Below, in pieces: positions 1 to 10,064 of a stretch of 64,000 nucleotides of DNA. Position 1 is the first letter of the stretch, and each line of letters starts with the position of its first letter. The stretch covers positions 928,001-992,000 of the forward strand of contig CAXXKT010000001.1 of assembly GCA_963662405.2 (NCBI GenBank), written 5' to 3'. This DNA is from Syntrophales bacterium. Lineage in GTDB: Bacteria > Desulfobacterota > Syntrophia > Syntrophales > UBA2210. Below the pieces are notes generated by a model. That model worked only from the letters and a program-made list of their open reading frames with translations, was not told the origin of the DNA and did no database searches. Position numbers and translations under genes: made by a program.

Positions 1-743
1 CCCTTCAGCGCCGGATAAGAGAAGATTCCTCCCCGTTTTATCAGGAGCTGGTTGATATCGGAGATAAAGGCTCCGCTGTACCGCACCTTGTACCCCTCGT
101 CTTCAAGTTCCTGGATGTAGGCACGGTGTTCGGGAGTCCAATCTCTCCTGAGCCCGCCGGCACCCAGTATGTTCCCCCGCTCTTTAAACGTAATATTCTC
201 ACCGGAAAGGACATATTCCCCCTCCTTGTTGAGGACGAATTCATGGGTCCCGTTCCCTGCCGAGTATATCATCGTGATCAGGGGTCCATAGATGATCGCC
301 ATCGCGGCCACGAGGCTCTTATTCCCTTCTTCCAGGATAGAGGGGGCCCTGTGGATACCGATGATGGTCCCGATCGCGAGGTTGGTTTCCACCAGAGAAG
401 ACCCGTCCAGGGGATCCGCGGTTACGATAAATTTTTCCTCTCCCTTTCCCACCGGGATGATTGAATCCCTCTCTTCGGACGCGTAGTGGCTGACAAAACC
501 CGAGAATGTGAGCTGCTGTTTGATAATCTCATCGGAACTCATGTCCAGGGCGAGTTGATCTTCCCCGTAGATATTCTTTTCGCCGGCCAGCTTCCGGTTT
601 GATTCCTGTATCTTGGAGTAGATGTATTTCCCCGTAACGGCTGTCTGCCAGATCAGCCTCCGCAGATCCTGATCGATACCGGCCATCCACATGTGCCGTC
701 TCAGATCGATGAAGTGTTTGGTCGCATCAGATATATTGTCCAT
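1..743 (-). CDS. fbp: Class 1 fructose-1,6-bisphosphatase (partial, runs off the left edge)
   Basis: Manual translation from ATG at 743: MDNISDATKHF...NIYGEDQLALD...ASEE...DPLDGSSLVETNLAIGTI...YGP...RYSGAFISDINQLLIKRGGIFSYP, which are FBPase I motifs. Absent from the ORF track because it has no stop in the window. Confidence 0.92.
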   Translation of the reverse strand, partial: MDNISDATKHFIDLRRHMWMAGIDQDLRRLIWQTAVTGKYIYSKIQESNRKLAGEKNIYGEDQLALDMSSDEIIKQQLTFSGFVSHYASEERDSIIPVGKGEEKFIVTADPLDGSSLVETNLAIGTIIGIHRAPSILEEGNKSLVAAMAIIYGPLITMIYSAGNGTHEFVLNKEGEYVLSGENITFKERGNILGAGGLRRDWTPEHRAYIQELEDEGYKVRYSGAFISDINQLLIKRGGIFSYPALK

Positions 744-800
744 AGTCATCACCTCTGCTCTGCGTATAATAATTTTCTAACAAGGAAGCGTACGTTGTTC

Positions 801-1604
801 CTATTCCCCTTTGAAATTGGGTGTGCGTTTCTCCGCAAAGGCCGTCATTGCCTCGGCACAATCTTTTGAGGTGAGGAGGATCATATTCTTATGGATCGCG
901 AATGATATCCCCTCCCGGATTGTTGCCGTCCGGCTGTAGTTGAGGACCTCCTTGGCATTCTGAACCGCCAGGGGGGCGCTTTCCTTCATTTCCTCGGCCA
1001 GTTTGCTCGCCCCGGCCATCAAGGCCTCCTGATCCGGATAAATATCGATTACCAGCCCCATTCGCTCGACCTCCCCGGCCGAGAAGAATCGTCCCGTATA
1101 GGCCATCTGCCGCGTGAAGGCCTGACCGATGAGATAGGGGAGTCGTTGGAGCACGCCCATATCGGCAACGATACCGATCCGCGCCTCGCGGAGGGTGAAA
1201 GACGCATCCTCGGTACAGAGACGCAGATCGCACGCACAGATGATATCGAGGCCGGCACCGACGCACATCCCGTGGACGGCGGCGATCACCGGTTTCTTGC
1301 ACTCTTCGATAACGTGACAGCAGTCGAAGAGGGCGCGGTCATCGATGGGGATGTTGAGCATGTTCTTCGGTTTTCCGATCAGCCCCCGCGACATGGCGTC
1401 CTTAAGATCGAGCCCCGCGCAGAAGATCCGGGCGTTACTCTTCAGGATGATGACCCAGACATCCTGCATCGTGCTCAATTCGGTAAACACATCGACAATC
1501 TCCTGTGCGAAATCTATGCTGAGGGCGTTGAGGCTCTTCGTCCTGTTCAGTGCCACCGTTGCGACGTGATCCTCTATCGTTACTTCTATCCACTGATAAT
1601 CCAT
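801..1604 (-). CDS. Enoyl-CoA hydratase/isomerase (crotonase family)
   Basis: LNRTKSLNAL, FCAGLDL, KPVIAAVHGMCVGAG, EARIG and AFAEKRTPNFKG motifs. Start trimmed to MDYQWI after a GGAGG RBS. Confidence 0.9.
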   Translation of the reverse strand: MDYQWIEVTIEDHVATVALNRTKSLNALSIDFAQEIVDVFTELSTMQDVWVIILKSNARIFCAGLDLKDAMSRGLIGKPKNMLNIPIDDRALFDCCHVIEECKKPVIAAVHGMCVGAGLDIICACDLRLCTEDASFTLREARIGIVADMGVLQRLPYLIGQAFTRQMAYTGRFFSAGEVERMGLVIDIYPDQEALMAGASKLAEEMKESAPLAVQNAKEVLNYSRTATIREGISFAIHKNMILLTSKDCAEAMTAFAEKRTPNFKGE

Positions 1605-1770
1605 AATCACCAGTCCCTCCCATTCATATTTATCGTGCTGGGAGAGCATTACCACCAAAGAGAAAAAAATACAATCGGAAGAGGGAAAGGGCTCTTCCGG
1701 CTGGTCCAAAAGGATCAATCGCGACTGGAGAAAATCCACAGGGGTGTGATAGGGTAGCGATGAAGGAGGG

Positions 1771-2577
1771 TTGGTGATGGATAGAGCGAATATCGACTAT
1801 GGGATCCTCGACCGACCCGAAATTCTGCACCTCCTCTTCTATCCCCGCCGGGATGAGAGTCCTGCCCCGACCGGAGGCAATGTTCACGACCTGCAGATCC
1901 CCGTGGAGGAGGGAGTGTCTATCGGCGCCCGGTTCCACGAGGCAACCGCCGCCGCCCCCACGATCCTCTTTTTCCACGGGAACGGAGAGATCGTTGCCGA
2001 TTACGACGATCTCGGCCCCCTCTATGCCCACACGGGAATCAACTTTCTCCCCGTCGATTACCGGGGATACGGACGCTCCACCGGGACCCCCACGGTGACG
2101 GCGATGATGCGCGACTGCCACACCATCTTTGCCTCTGTCCGGGACTGGCTCGCCGGAGGGGGGTACACGGGACCCCTGATCGTCATGGGGCGTTCACTGG
2201 GGAGCGCCTCAGCCCTCGAGATCGCTGCTTACTATCAAGACCGGATCGCAGGGCTCATTATCGAGAGCGGGTTCGCCTACCTGATGCCGCTCCTCCGGTT
2301 GATCGGCGTCTCCCCCCTCAGGATGGGGATTACCGAGGAAGACGGCTGCCGGAATATCGAGAAGATCAAGACCGTTACCCGGCCCACGCTGATCATCCAC
2401 GCCCAGTCCGACCAGATTATCCCCCTGAGCGATGGCGAGGCCCTTTACGGAGCCGCGGCGGCCGATGACAGACGCATTCTTGTCATTCCCGGAGCCGATC
2501 ACAATACGATATTTATCCGGGGTTTTACGGAATATATGGCGGCGATTGGAGACTTCCTCACACGGATATCCAGATGA
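1771..2577 (+). CDS. Alpha/beta hydrolase
   Basis: FFHGNGE, DYRGYGRS, nucleophile elbow GRSLGS, IIHAQSD and GADHN. Confidence 0.88.
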   Translation: MVMDRANIDYGILDRPEILHLLFYPRRDESPAPTGGNVHDLQIPVEEGVSIGARFHEATAAAPTILFFHGNGEIVADYDDLGPLYAHTGINFLPVDYRGYGRSTGTPTVTAMMRDCHTIFASVRDWLAGGGYTGPLIVMGRSLGSASALEIAAYYQDRIAGLIIESGFAYLMPLLRLIGVSPLRMGITEEDGCRNIEKIKTVTRPTLIIHAQSDQIIPLSDGEALYGAAAADDRRILVIPGADHNTIFIRGFTEYMAAIGDFLTRISR

Positions 2578-3606
2578 TCACCCCTCCGAAGCATGGAACC
2601 CGATCTCCCGGGCGAAAGAAAACTGCCGCTGCCAGGGGACGTGCGGGTGGGTCCGGGTGATGATTTCCCCACCCAGGTGCCGGAGTGATGCCTGATCAAC
2701 GGTCACCGGGTGGTATCCGCCGATGAACCCATGATCGGGGGCAATGGTCTCGGCCTTCCCCGGGAGGCAGTCGCAGTCGGCGGTTATCTTGACAAGGGCG
2801 TTGATGAGGATCGTTTTTTCCGCGATACGCCGCCACACCGCCGCCGCGGTCTCCACCAGCTTTTCCTGAAAGATGCTCGAATCTCCCGAAAAGAAAATCT
2901 GCAGCGCCATCACGGGGCACAGACCGATACACTGCGCGCAGCCGATACACCGCTCCAGGTCGTACGTGGGGAGCACATCGCCCGAGATCTGCGCGGCGCC
3001 GGTGGGGCAGACATCGGCACAGACACGGCAGCGGGTACACCGTTCTTCAATGAGAGATGGGTAGGCGTCCGCGTGCATCCGCTGCTTCTGGGCCCGCGAC
3101 GCGAATCCCATGGAGAGGTTTTTGATTGCCCCGCCGAATCCAGCGCCCAGATGTCCCTTGAAGTGCGAGAAGATGACAAATCCAGTCGCCTTCTCTATGA
3201 TCGATCCCGTCTGCACCGTGGGAAAGTGTCGAAAGGCGCAGGGGATATCCACCGCCTCGTTTCCGTCGAGGCCGTCCCCGATCACGACCTCACAGCCGAG
3301 GTACTCCTCCGTATAGCCATGCCCCGCTGCCGTCTCGAGAGAATCTTTCCCGTCACGGCGTCCTCCGGAATAGAGGACCGTCGTGTCGAAAACAAAGGGG
3401 CGCACCCCCCTGTCCCGGAGCCATCCGGCAATCGCGCGCGCGTATACCGGCGGCAGGTAGCTGTCATTTCCCCGTTCCCCCCAGTGGAGCTTTATCCCGA
3501 CCGAATCCCCCGTGTGAAAAGGATGGTGCATCTGCGCGAGGAGCCTCTGCAGGGCCTCAACGGCCCCTCGTTCACCCCCCGCAGTTTCGGAAAAGAGAAT
3601 ATTCAT
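2578..3606 (-). CDS. DUF362-domain Fe-S protein with two 4Fe-4S ferredoxin motifs
   Basis: IKLHWGE, SHFKGH, GGAIKNLSMG, CTRCRVCADVCP, CIGCAQCIGLCP and CDC. Confidence 0.85.
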   Translation of the reverse strand: MNILFSETAGGERGAVEALQRLLAQMHHPFHTGDSVGIKLHWGERGNDSYLPPVYARAIAGWLRDRGVRPFVFDTTVLYSGGRRDGKDSLETAAGHGYTEEYLGCEVVIGDGLDGNEAVDIPCAFRHFPTVQTGSIIEKATGFVIFSHFKGHLGAGFGGAIKNLSMGFASRAQKQRMHADAYPSLIEERCTRCRVCADVCPTGAAQISGDVLPTYDLERCIGCAQCIGLCPVMALQIFFSGDSSIFQEKLVETAAAVWRRIAEKTILINALVKITADCDCLPGKAETIAPDHGFIGGYHPVTVDQASLRHLGGEIITRTHPHVPWQRQFSFAREIGFHASEG

Positions 3607-3777
3607 AGGGTGATAGTCCTACAACTGCACCCGGAAAAAAACGCAAAAGATCATGAGCCATATCTCCCCTTCTCTTGTCGATAATGGCGTTGATGTTTTC
3701 CACCCCTTCTGGTACAGTACCGATGAAGTATAACCACCCAAGAATATTTGACATACGGGGCATTGTCGGGTGTGGGA

Positions 3778-5475
3778 ATGGACAGGGCAGCGTTGAATTC
3801 ATACAACGGACTTCCGGGAAAAGTTGAGATCCCGGGGCTGACCACCGAGACACGGGGATTTTACGATCTCAGGGACAATCTCGCCAAGGATCTTGCCGTC
3901 CTGCGGTACAAGGAGCAACAGCCCCTCGCCTGGGTGGTGTTCGTCGGGGGAACGGGAACGGGCAAATCGACACTCTTCAACGCGCTGTGCGGCGCTCAGA
4001 TCAGCAGGGTCGGGGTGGAACGGCCCACAACGGATATCCCGGTCGTATACATCCACACCACCCATGTGCCGGATGAATCCTTTCCCCTGTCGGACGTGCC
4101 GATACAATCAGAACAAGCCGAAACCCGCAACCACGGCACAGGGATACCCCTGGTCGTCTCCCCCCACGACCGGCATGATATCGCCCATCTCGCGCTGGTC
4201 GACACCCCCGACCTCGACAGTCTCGATCTTGCGAATCGCCGGATGACCGAAGATCTGTATCGCCTGGCCGATCTGGTCGTCTTCGTGACCAGCCAGGAAA
4301 AATACGCGGACGAGATCCCCTCACGGATACTCGACCGTGTGACACGGGAGGGGAAACCGTATCTCTTCCTCTTCAATAAGGCCGATCCCGACACCACGCG
4401 GGAAGAGGTTATCGCCTTCTTCCGGAAGCGGGGAATGGCACTCGAAGACAACCGGGTGGGACTCATACCCTATACCACTACGCTCTCCCCGCAATGTCTT
4501 GCCGAAGAGCCATCATTCGCCCGATTCACCGACCGCCTCCGGGAGATCGTCCGGGAAGAAAACTGCCGTGGTTTCCTCGCGGGTCAGAGAAAGCTCCGGG
4601 TCGCGCAGATCACCAGCTCCCTCGCATCTTTCCTTGACCTCCTGAAACGGGAGAAGACCGCCGGAGACCGATGGCTCCACCGGCTCGACGCCCTCTTTGA
4701 AGAACAGGAACGCGCCCTCTTCCAACAGTTCGAAACCCATTTCAAACGGGATAATCAGGGGCATATCCAGCAGGAGATCGGCAAGATCTACAGTCGCTAT
4801 GATATCCTCTCGAAGCCGCGACACTACATCAAACAGATCGTCCTCGCCCCCCTGACCCTCCTCGGGATTCGTGACCGGGACGGGGACCACATGCATAAAA
4901 AAGATCTGGAAGAGATACGGAAACAGACGGATATTACACCGATCCTTTCTGCAATCAGCGCGGCAAACCGCCGTGTCCTTGAAGATCTGCACCCGGAAGA
5001 TCAGGGGTCTCCCTTCTCCTCGGCTCTTCAACAGGATACCCTCGTCCTCTCCGACGGAGAGGTTCGGGATCACATCGAACGGCTGCAGGAGGACCTGATG
5101 GCATGGATTGAACGGAAATTCCGTGACCTCGCCAAAGGAATCCCCAAATATAAAGAGGTGGGGATCTATTCCACCGCTATCATGTGGGGGGGATTGATCC
5201 TCTCCTTCGAGATCGTTATCGGCGGCGGTATCGGTGTTATCGAGGCGGCACTGGATTCGTTTCTGGCGCCCCTGGTGACGAAAGGGTCGGTCAGTCTTTT
5301 CGCGTACCACGAGATCCAGGGTATCGCCCGTCAGTTGGACGCGAAGTACCGCGAGGGGGTTCAGTCGATCCTTACGGAGCAGAAGACGCGGTACATGTCC
5401 TGTATGGGACCCTTTCTGATACGGGAGGACATGATCACGGCATTGGAAGACCTGAAGGCGGAGCTGGAGCAATAG
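3778..5475 (+). CDS. Dynamin-like/YfjP-type P-loop GTPase with a C-terminal hydrophobic segment (gene 1 of pair)
   Basis: G1 GGTGTGKS, G2 RPTT, G3 variant DTPDLDS, SQEKYAD, G4 NKAD, then a helical body and a hydrophobic stretch (GGLILSFEIVIGGGIGVI). Confidence 0.8.
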   Translation: MDRAALNSYNGLPGKVEIPGLTTETRGFYDLRDNLAKDLAVLRYKEQQPLAWVVFVGGTGTGKSTLFNALCGAQISRVGVERPTTDIPVVYIHTTHVPDESFPLSDVPIQSEQAETRNHGTGIPLVVSPHDRHDIAHLALVDTPDLDSLDLANRRMTEDLYRLADLVVFVTSQEKYADEIPSRILDRVTREGKPYLFLFNKADPDTTREEVIAFFRKRGMALEDNRVGLIPYTTTLSPQCLAEEPSFARFTDRLREIVREENCRGFLAGQRKLRVAQITSSLASFLDLLKREKTAGDRWLHRLDALFEEQERALFQQFETHFKRDNQGHIQQEIGKIYSRYDILSKPRHYIKQIVLAPLTLLGIRDRDGDHMHKKDLEEIRKQTDITPILSAISAANRRVLEDLHPEDQGSPFSSALQQDTLVLSDGEVRDHIERLQEDLMAWIERKFRDLAKGIPKYKEVGIYSTAIMWGGLILSFEIVIGGGIGVIEAALDSFLAPLVTKGSVSLFAYHEIQGIARQLDAKYREGVQSILTEQKTRYMSCMGPFLIREDMITALEDLKAELEQ

Positions 5476-5478
5476 AAA

Positions 5479-7203
5479 ATGATCGATTTCACTACACGCC
5501 TGCGCGACAGCATCCGGGAGGCACAAAGCATCGCCCGAAAGGCCGACCTCGTGACCCTTTCACAGGACGAGCGGGAGCGAGCCATCCGGGAGGCACAGGA
5601 CCTCCTCGAAAAGCTCGATGCCGCGGCGCAGCGGTACCTGGTAGTCGGCCTGCTGGGGGGGACCGGCGTCGGCAAGTCAACCCTGATGAACGCCCTTGCC
5701 GGGGCCTCGATCTCGTCCGCCAGCCACCGCAGGCCGCACACCGACGCGATCCTGCTCTACCGCCACGGAGATACCCCCCTCCCCTTCCTTCCCGCCCCCG
5801 AGACCGCCTGGGAGGAATTCAGTCATACCGAAGATGCCCTGCGGGAGATCATCCTGTGTGACCTCCCCGACTATGACAGCCTCCTCGCGGAGCACCGGCG
5901 GCAGGTCCTCGGATTTATGGAGCATATCGATATCCTGGTATGGCTGACCTCGCCCGAAAAATATGCCGACGGCAGTTTCTACCAATTTCTCTCCCTGATA
6001 CCGAAATCCCGACATAATTTCTATTTCGCCGTCAACAAGGCCGACCTCCTCTTCGACGGCACGGGCACGGAGGAAGGATATGAGAAGCTGCGGCGGGTCC
6101 ACGCGGACTTCCAGGGACACCTGCGGAGGGTCGATATCGTCACCCCGACCATCTATCTCCTCTCCGCGGCGGAGGCCTGTACTGAATCGGTCCTCTCCCC
6201 CTGGAATCAGTTTCCCGTCCTTCGGCAGGAGATCTTTCGTCAGAGGGACGAGAAAGAGATACAGAGCATCAAGACCGCAAATCTGGACCAGGAATACACC
6301 CGCTACCTCATGCTCTTTGCAGACGAACTGGCACACCTCGAGGCAATGCATGACATCCTGACCGGGACGATAGGACGGATCGAAGGGGGAATCTCCGAAG
6401 ATCAGGCATTTATTGAGGAAGCGGTCCATGCCGCCATGGACGGGAGCGTCCGGGGTGAGATCCGGTCGCAGATAGAGGACATCACCGTTCTGGCCGGGCC
6501 CGGCTACGGCGTTGCGGCATTCCTGCAGCACTGGAAATACCGGGGACAGGGCCGGGACAAAGAAAGGGAATACACGACATTCGGTCTTGCCGTGGAACGA
6601 ACGGTTCGGGTACTGCAGCGGCGGATTGAACATATCACGAACAGCATCATCAGTGGGATCATGAGACGAGGGGCGCACCGAGCGATGATCGGAGAGGTTG
6701 AGAAGGTGCTCAGGCAGAAACAGAACATGGAAACGATCCCGGAATCGCTTGGGCGCACGGTGAGCGACCGGATTGATTCCGCGCACCGGGATCGGCATCC
6801 CCTGTTTCGCACAAGCCAGTATGCCGTCTACTTCTTCCTTCTGATGGCACTCATTGCCGCCCTTGCCGGGGAAGAGGCATGGCAGGGCCTTTACGCAAAC
6901 CCGGCACCGGCTTCGCTTATGAATTTCGTCTTTACCGCCTTCTACAACCTCTTCAGCCCCGGCGGTCTGGCAGCGCTGGGAAGCTACGCCCTCATCAATC
7001 TCTTTTTCGGCCTCTGGTTTTACCGCCGGTACCGCGCCCTTACCGAAAGAAAAACGGACGAGATCCTCAACTCCGTTGTCAAGGACGTGGGGAGCCTGTG
7101 GCACAAGGTGGTTGACAGATTCATCACCGCGCTGAAGGAACACGACCGTACCCTGGGGGTTACGGCACGTTCCCTGAAAACACTGAAACACGATGACAGA
7201 TAA
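5479..7203 (+). CDS. Dynamin-like/YfjP-type P-loop GTPase with two C-terminal TM segments (gene 2 of pair)
   Basis: G1 GGTGVGKS, RPHT, DLPDYDS, SPEKYAD, NKAD. TM segments YAVYFFLLMALIAAL and LAALGSYALINLFFGLWF. Starts 3 nt after the paralog. Confidence 0.8.
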   Translation: MIDFTTRLRDSIREAQSIARKADLVTLSQDERERAIREAQDLLEKLDAAAQRYLVVGLLGGTGVGKSTLMNALAGASISSASHRRPHTDAILLYRHGDTPLPFLPAPETAWEEFSHTEDALREIILCDLPDYDSLLAEHRRQVLGFMEHIDILVWLTSPEKYADGSFYQFLSLIPKSRHNFYFAVNKADLLFDGTGTEEGYEKLRRVHADFQGHLRRVDIVTPTIYLLSAAEACTESVLSPWNQFPVLRQEIFRQRDEKEIQSIKTANLDQEYTRYLMLFADELAHLEAMHDILTGTIGRIEGGISEDQAFIEEAVHAAMDGSVRGEIRSQIEDITVLAGPGYGVAAFLQHWKYRGQGRDKEREYTTFGLAVERTVRVLQRRIEHITNSIISGIMRRGAHRAMIGEVEKVLRQKQNMETIPESLGRTVSDRIDSAHRDRHPLFRTSQYAVYFFLLMALIAALAGEEAWQGLYANPAPASLMNFVFTAFYNLFSPGGLAALGSYALINLFFGLWFYRRYRALTERKTDEILNSVVKDVGSLWHKVVDRFITALKEHDRTLGVTARSLKTLKHDDR

Positions 7204-7354
7204 GTGATCTTGGTTTGTCACAGACAAGAGGCACAATCTTCGAAAAACCCATGCCTGCGTAAATCAGCTATTGACATAACTCATCGAACATGCTTGAGTA
7301 AGTTATGGTATGGTAGGGGGGTTTACAAAAGGAGTGGAAAAGTGAGAAATCACG

Positions 7355-7400
7355 CACGAAGCCCCGTCTCTCATCATAAGAGGCGGGGCTTCGTGTTTAT
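7355..7400 (+). terminator. Intrinsic terminator-like hairpin between convergent units
   Basis: cacgaagccccgtctct-N7-agaggcggggcttcgtg (17-bp stem with one G-U pair), followed by tttat. Confidence 0.65.
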
Positions 7401-7440
7401 AGACTAATCTGCAGACATCACTTAAAATAAATCGGCTCTT

Positions 7441-7763
7441 CTATCGAGACGTCCGGTAGGACTCATCGACGATTGCGAGGAGATCGGGGGTGAGGCATCC
7501 CCGGACCTCGCGTCGAACGTTCTCGGGGACAACCCCGTAGAAGGCCTCTGCGATTCCGCCCTGTGATACAGGCCAGCGTATCGCTGTCTCCCCCCAGCGA
7601 TATGGCATTACGAACGGCATCCTCTCCCGACCGGACCAGAAAGACGGCAAGGGCCGTCGTCGGTGAACCGGCACCGGGGATCAAAGAGCGGGAACTCTTA
7701 GGTCTTAACAGGCCGGGCCTCATAGAGCGACCCGATGATATCACCGGCAATCGCTCCGATCAT
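7441..7763 (-). pseudogene. ADP-ribosylglycohydrolase family pseudogene
   Basis: N-terminus MIGAIAGDIIGSLYEARPVKT*(TAA 7700-7698)EFPLFDPRCRFTDD is joined almost directly to C-terminal EDAVRNAISLGGDSDTLACITG, then a frameshift into GIAEAFYG...PDLLAIVD. Confidence 0.85.
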
Positions 7764-7913
7764 TGTTCATCCTTTTCGAAAAAACCTTATGAACAGCATC
7801 TCCTTTGCCGACAGCCGTTCGCCCCTCTCCCATCATCACGATATGGCCCATAGCAAAGAACCCGGCGGTGAGCGGTGTAGCGTAACCGACAGAGTATGGC
7901 AGTATCCTCTTGC

Positions 7914-8945
7914 TTACCCCGATATCTGTTCTCTTCTCCGCATCATCCACCACGCACAGGCTGAGATCAGGATCAAAAACAACAATGCTCCCTCCGTTGT
8001 GAGATCAGGAATAGTAGCCGGAAACACTACGGTTGGCTCAGGAGACACAGATTTACGAACTCTCACATCATCGAACCACCCCTTTGCCTCCTCACAATCG
8101 GTTACCCTGGCGACGATTTGCAGGGTAGCTGATCCACCGCTGACGGTAAACGTATCTGAGACAGCATTGCTCCAAGAAGTGTTGCACTTGCTGCAACCGG
8201 TATAGTGGCAGGTGTCGCTGCTGTATATGTTGACAGAGTCAGCATATGCCAAGTTTTCTCCCGCGGATCCACCGCTGCAATAGCCCCACTGTCCGCCCCA
8301 TCCTCTTTGAAAAAAGTCGAGCTTGTACGTCCCGTCAGCAAGGGCCAGGGTGCGAGAGGCTGTCGGTCTCACGCCATTGTACGTTGGGCCACCGCAACTG
8401 GACCGCCCATACAGAGACAAGCTGTACTGACCGGACACATGTTCGCTATGGTCTGCCGAAAACGCGCAAGATTCTCCAGGGATGTCTTGACTGTTACACG
8501 AGGTGTTCCAGTCGGCGATATCTCCGTCATCGAAATCATCGAAAAAATCAAATGTCGCGCTGCCATTACTCTGACTGACTGCCCCGGAATTGCCATACCA
8601 CATATACATAAGAGCTGTGCCGCTGAGGATTGACGGGATTTTTACCCAGATCGTACTGTCTCCCGAAGGGTTCCAGGTTTCTATCCAATAATCGTAGAAG
8701 ACTGTTTTCGTGCCGTCCGTGAATCTCAAATCCGAGCCATCCGGGTTTACTTCTGCATAGTCAAAGGTAGCGGGAGATAATGTTATCAAAATCTGATAGT
8801 TGGCAAGCGCATTTCCGTCGTTCACTATCTCTATCGGGCTTTCATGGAGCCAGGGAGGTGCCGCATAAGTTGAGGGCATTTTACAACAAAAAATAACCAT
8901 TACGATTGATAAAGCAATGAAGAAAAGTGATTTATAAAATCTCAT
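7914..8945 (-). CDS. Secreted DUF2341-domain protein with an IPTL-CTERM-like sorting signal
   Basis: Signal peptide; DGSDLRFTD...YWIETWN...IWVKIP...YMWYGN...FDFFDDF (DUF2341); Cys-rich C-terminal domain; tail IPDLTTEG + TM + RRR. Confidence 0.78.
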   Translation of the reverse strand: MRFYKSLFFIALSIVMVIFCCKMPSTYAAPPWLHESPIEIVNDGNALANYQILITLSPATFDYAEVNPDGSDLRFTDGTKTVFYDYWIETWNPSGDSTIWVKIPSILSGTALMYMWYGNSGAVSQSNGSATFDFFDDFDDGDIADWNTSCNSQDIPGESCAFSADHSEHVSGQYSLSLYGRSSCGGPTYNGVRPTASRTLALADGTYKLDFFQRGWGGQWGYCSGGSAGENLAYADSVNIYSSDTCHYTGCSKCNTSWSNAVSDTFTVSGGSATLQIVARVTDCEEAKGWFDDVRVRKSVSPEPTVVFPATIPDLTTEGALLFLILISACAWWMMRRREQISG

Positions 8946-9129
8946 GCTGATTCTCCCCTTTCTTTTGCGATTCGTTTATCTTTGCCTTGATTCCCCTCTT
9001 TTCTTGTATATAAGAAGATTTTTAAAGGTGTGATGAATAGTATTCGCTCCCTTTATCTCCATCTCCTTTACTGCATCTCCTATAGTCTGCCCTCGTTCCC
9101 TGCCGTAAGACACGCTTCCGCCATATCGG

Positions 9130-9519
9130 TCAGCTCCTGTTCAGCACATAGAATGCGGCATTCAGATAGGTGGCGAAGAGGACCCACAGGAGATAGGGCA
9201 CCAGCAATATCGATGACATCCTGCTGGTGTGCCGGAAACACCACACTATCACTATCAGCGTGATGTCCAACACAAGGATATCAAGAAATGCCCACCCGGG
9301 GGCCTGCAGACCGAAAAAGATCCCGGTCCACGCAAAATTGGTGATGAGATGAATGACAATCAGGACATATATGCCATATCCCTGTTCGCGGCGATATGCC
9401 CGTAAAAAGAGGAACAGGGAGACCGCGATCATCACGTACAGGGTCGCCCAGACGGGAGTAAACACCCAATCGGGCGGGGTCAACACCGGTCGCTGTAACG
9501 TATCATACCACTCGTTCAT
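9130..9519 (-). CDS. tspO: TspO/MBR family tryptophan-rich sensory protein
   Basis: WYDTLQRPVLTPPDWVFTPVWATLY, NFAWTGIFFG and LVPYLLWVLFATYLN. Confidence 0.9.
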   Translation of the reverse strand: MNEWYDTLQRPVLTPPDWVFTPVWATLYVMIAVSLFLFLRAYRREQGYGIYVLIVIHLITNFAWTGIFFGLQAPGWAFLDILVLDITLIVIVWCFRHTSRMSSILLVPYLLWVLFATYLNAAFYVLNRS

Positions 9520-9563
9520 TCATCACCCCCCTGTCTGATCAGGAGTTGATCCGAACACCCCGG

Positions 9564-10064
9564 TCAGGCAGTCGCTGAAAATCCTTCGTGAAAGACGACC
9601 GTCCCTTCCGGGATGGTGTCACCGAAAGGCAGGACCAGAAACACCTCCGGTGGAACACCTTCATGAATCAACTCCGGAAGATTACGAAAGCCGAACCGTT
9701 TATAATATCCAGGGTCACCCACCAGGGCACACCCCTTACCACCCAGGGACTTCAGCATGGAGAGCCCTTCCCGGACGAGAGCCTTCCCAATACCCTTCTT
9801 CTGATACGCCGGCAGCACAGAGAGAGGGCCACCACCATACCAACCATCACTGCCGTCGGAAATGGTAACCGGTGAGAAGGCGATGTGGCCCACCACCCGT
9901 CCATCAACCTCCGCGACAAGCGAAACCGTCAGCGCACCGGCGGTACGCAATGCCGTGATTATGAATTGCTCAGTCTGCTGGCTGACCGCAAGACCCCGGA
10001 AGGCGGCTATTGTAATGTCGGTGATTGCCTCAATATCAGAATCTTTTTCTCTTCGTATGATCAT
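9564..10064 (-). CDS. GNAT N-acetyltransferase (YhbS-like)
   Basis: VVGHIAFSPV, GPLSVLPAYQKKGIGKAL and LVGDPGYYKRFGF. Confidence 0.9.
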   Translation of the reverse strand: MIIRREKDSDIEAITDITIAAFRGLAVSQQTEQFIITALRTAGALTVSLVAEVDGRVVGHIAFSPVTISDGSDGWYGGGPLSVLPAYQKKGIGKALVREGLSMLKSLGGKGCALVGDPGYYKRFGFRNLPELIHEGVPPEVFLVLPFGDTIPEGTVVFHEGFSATA

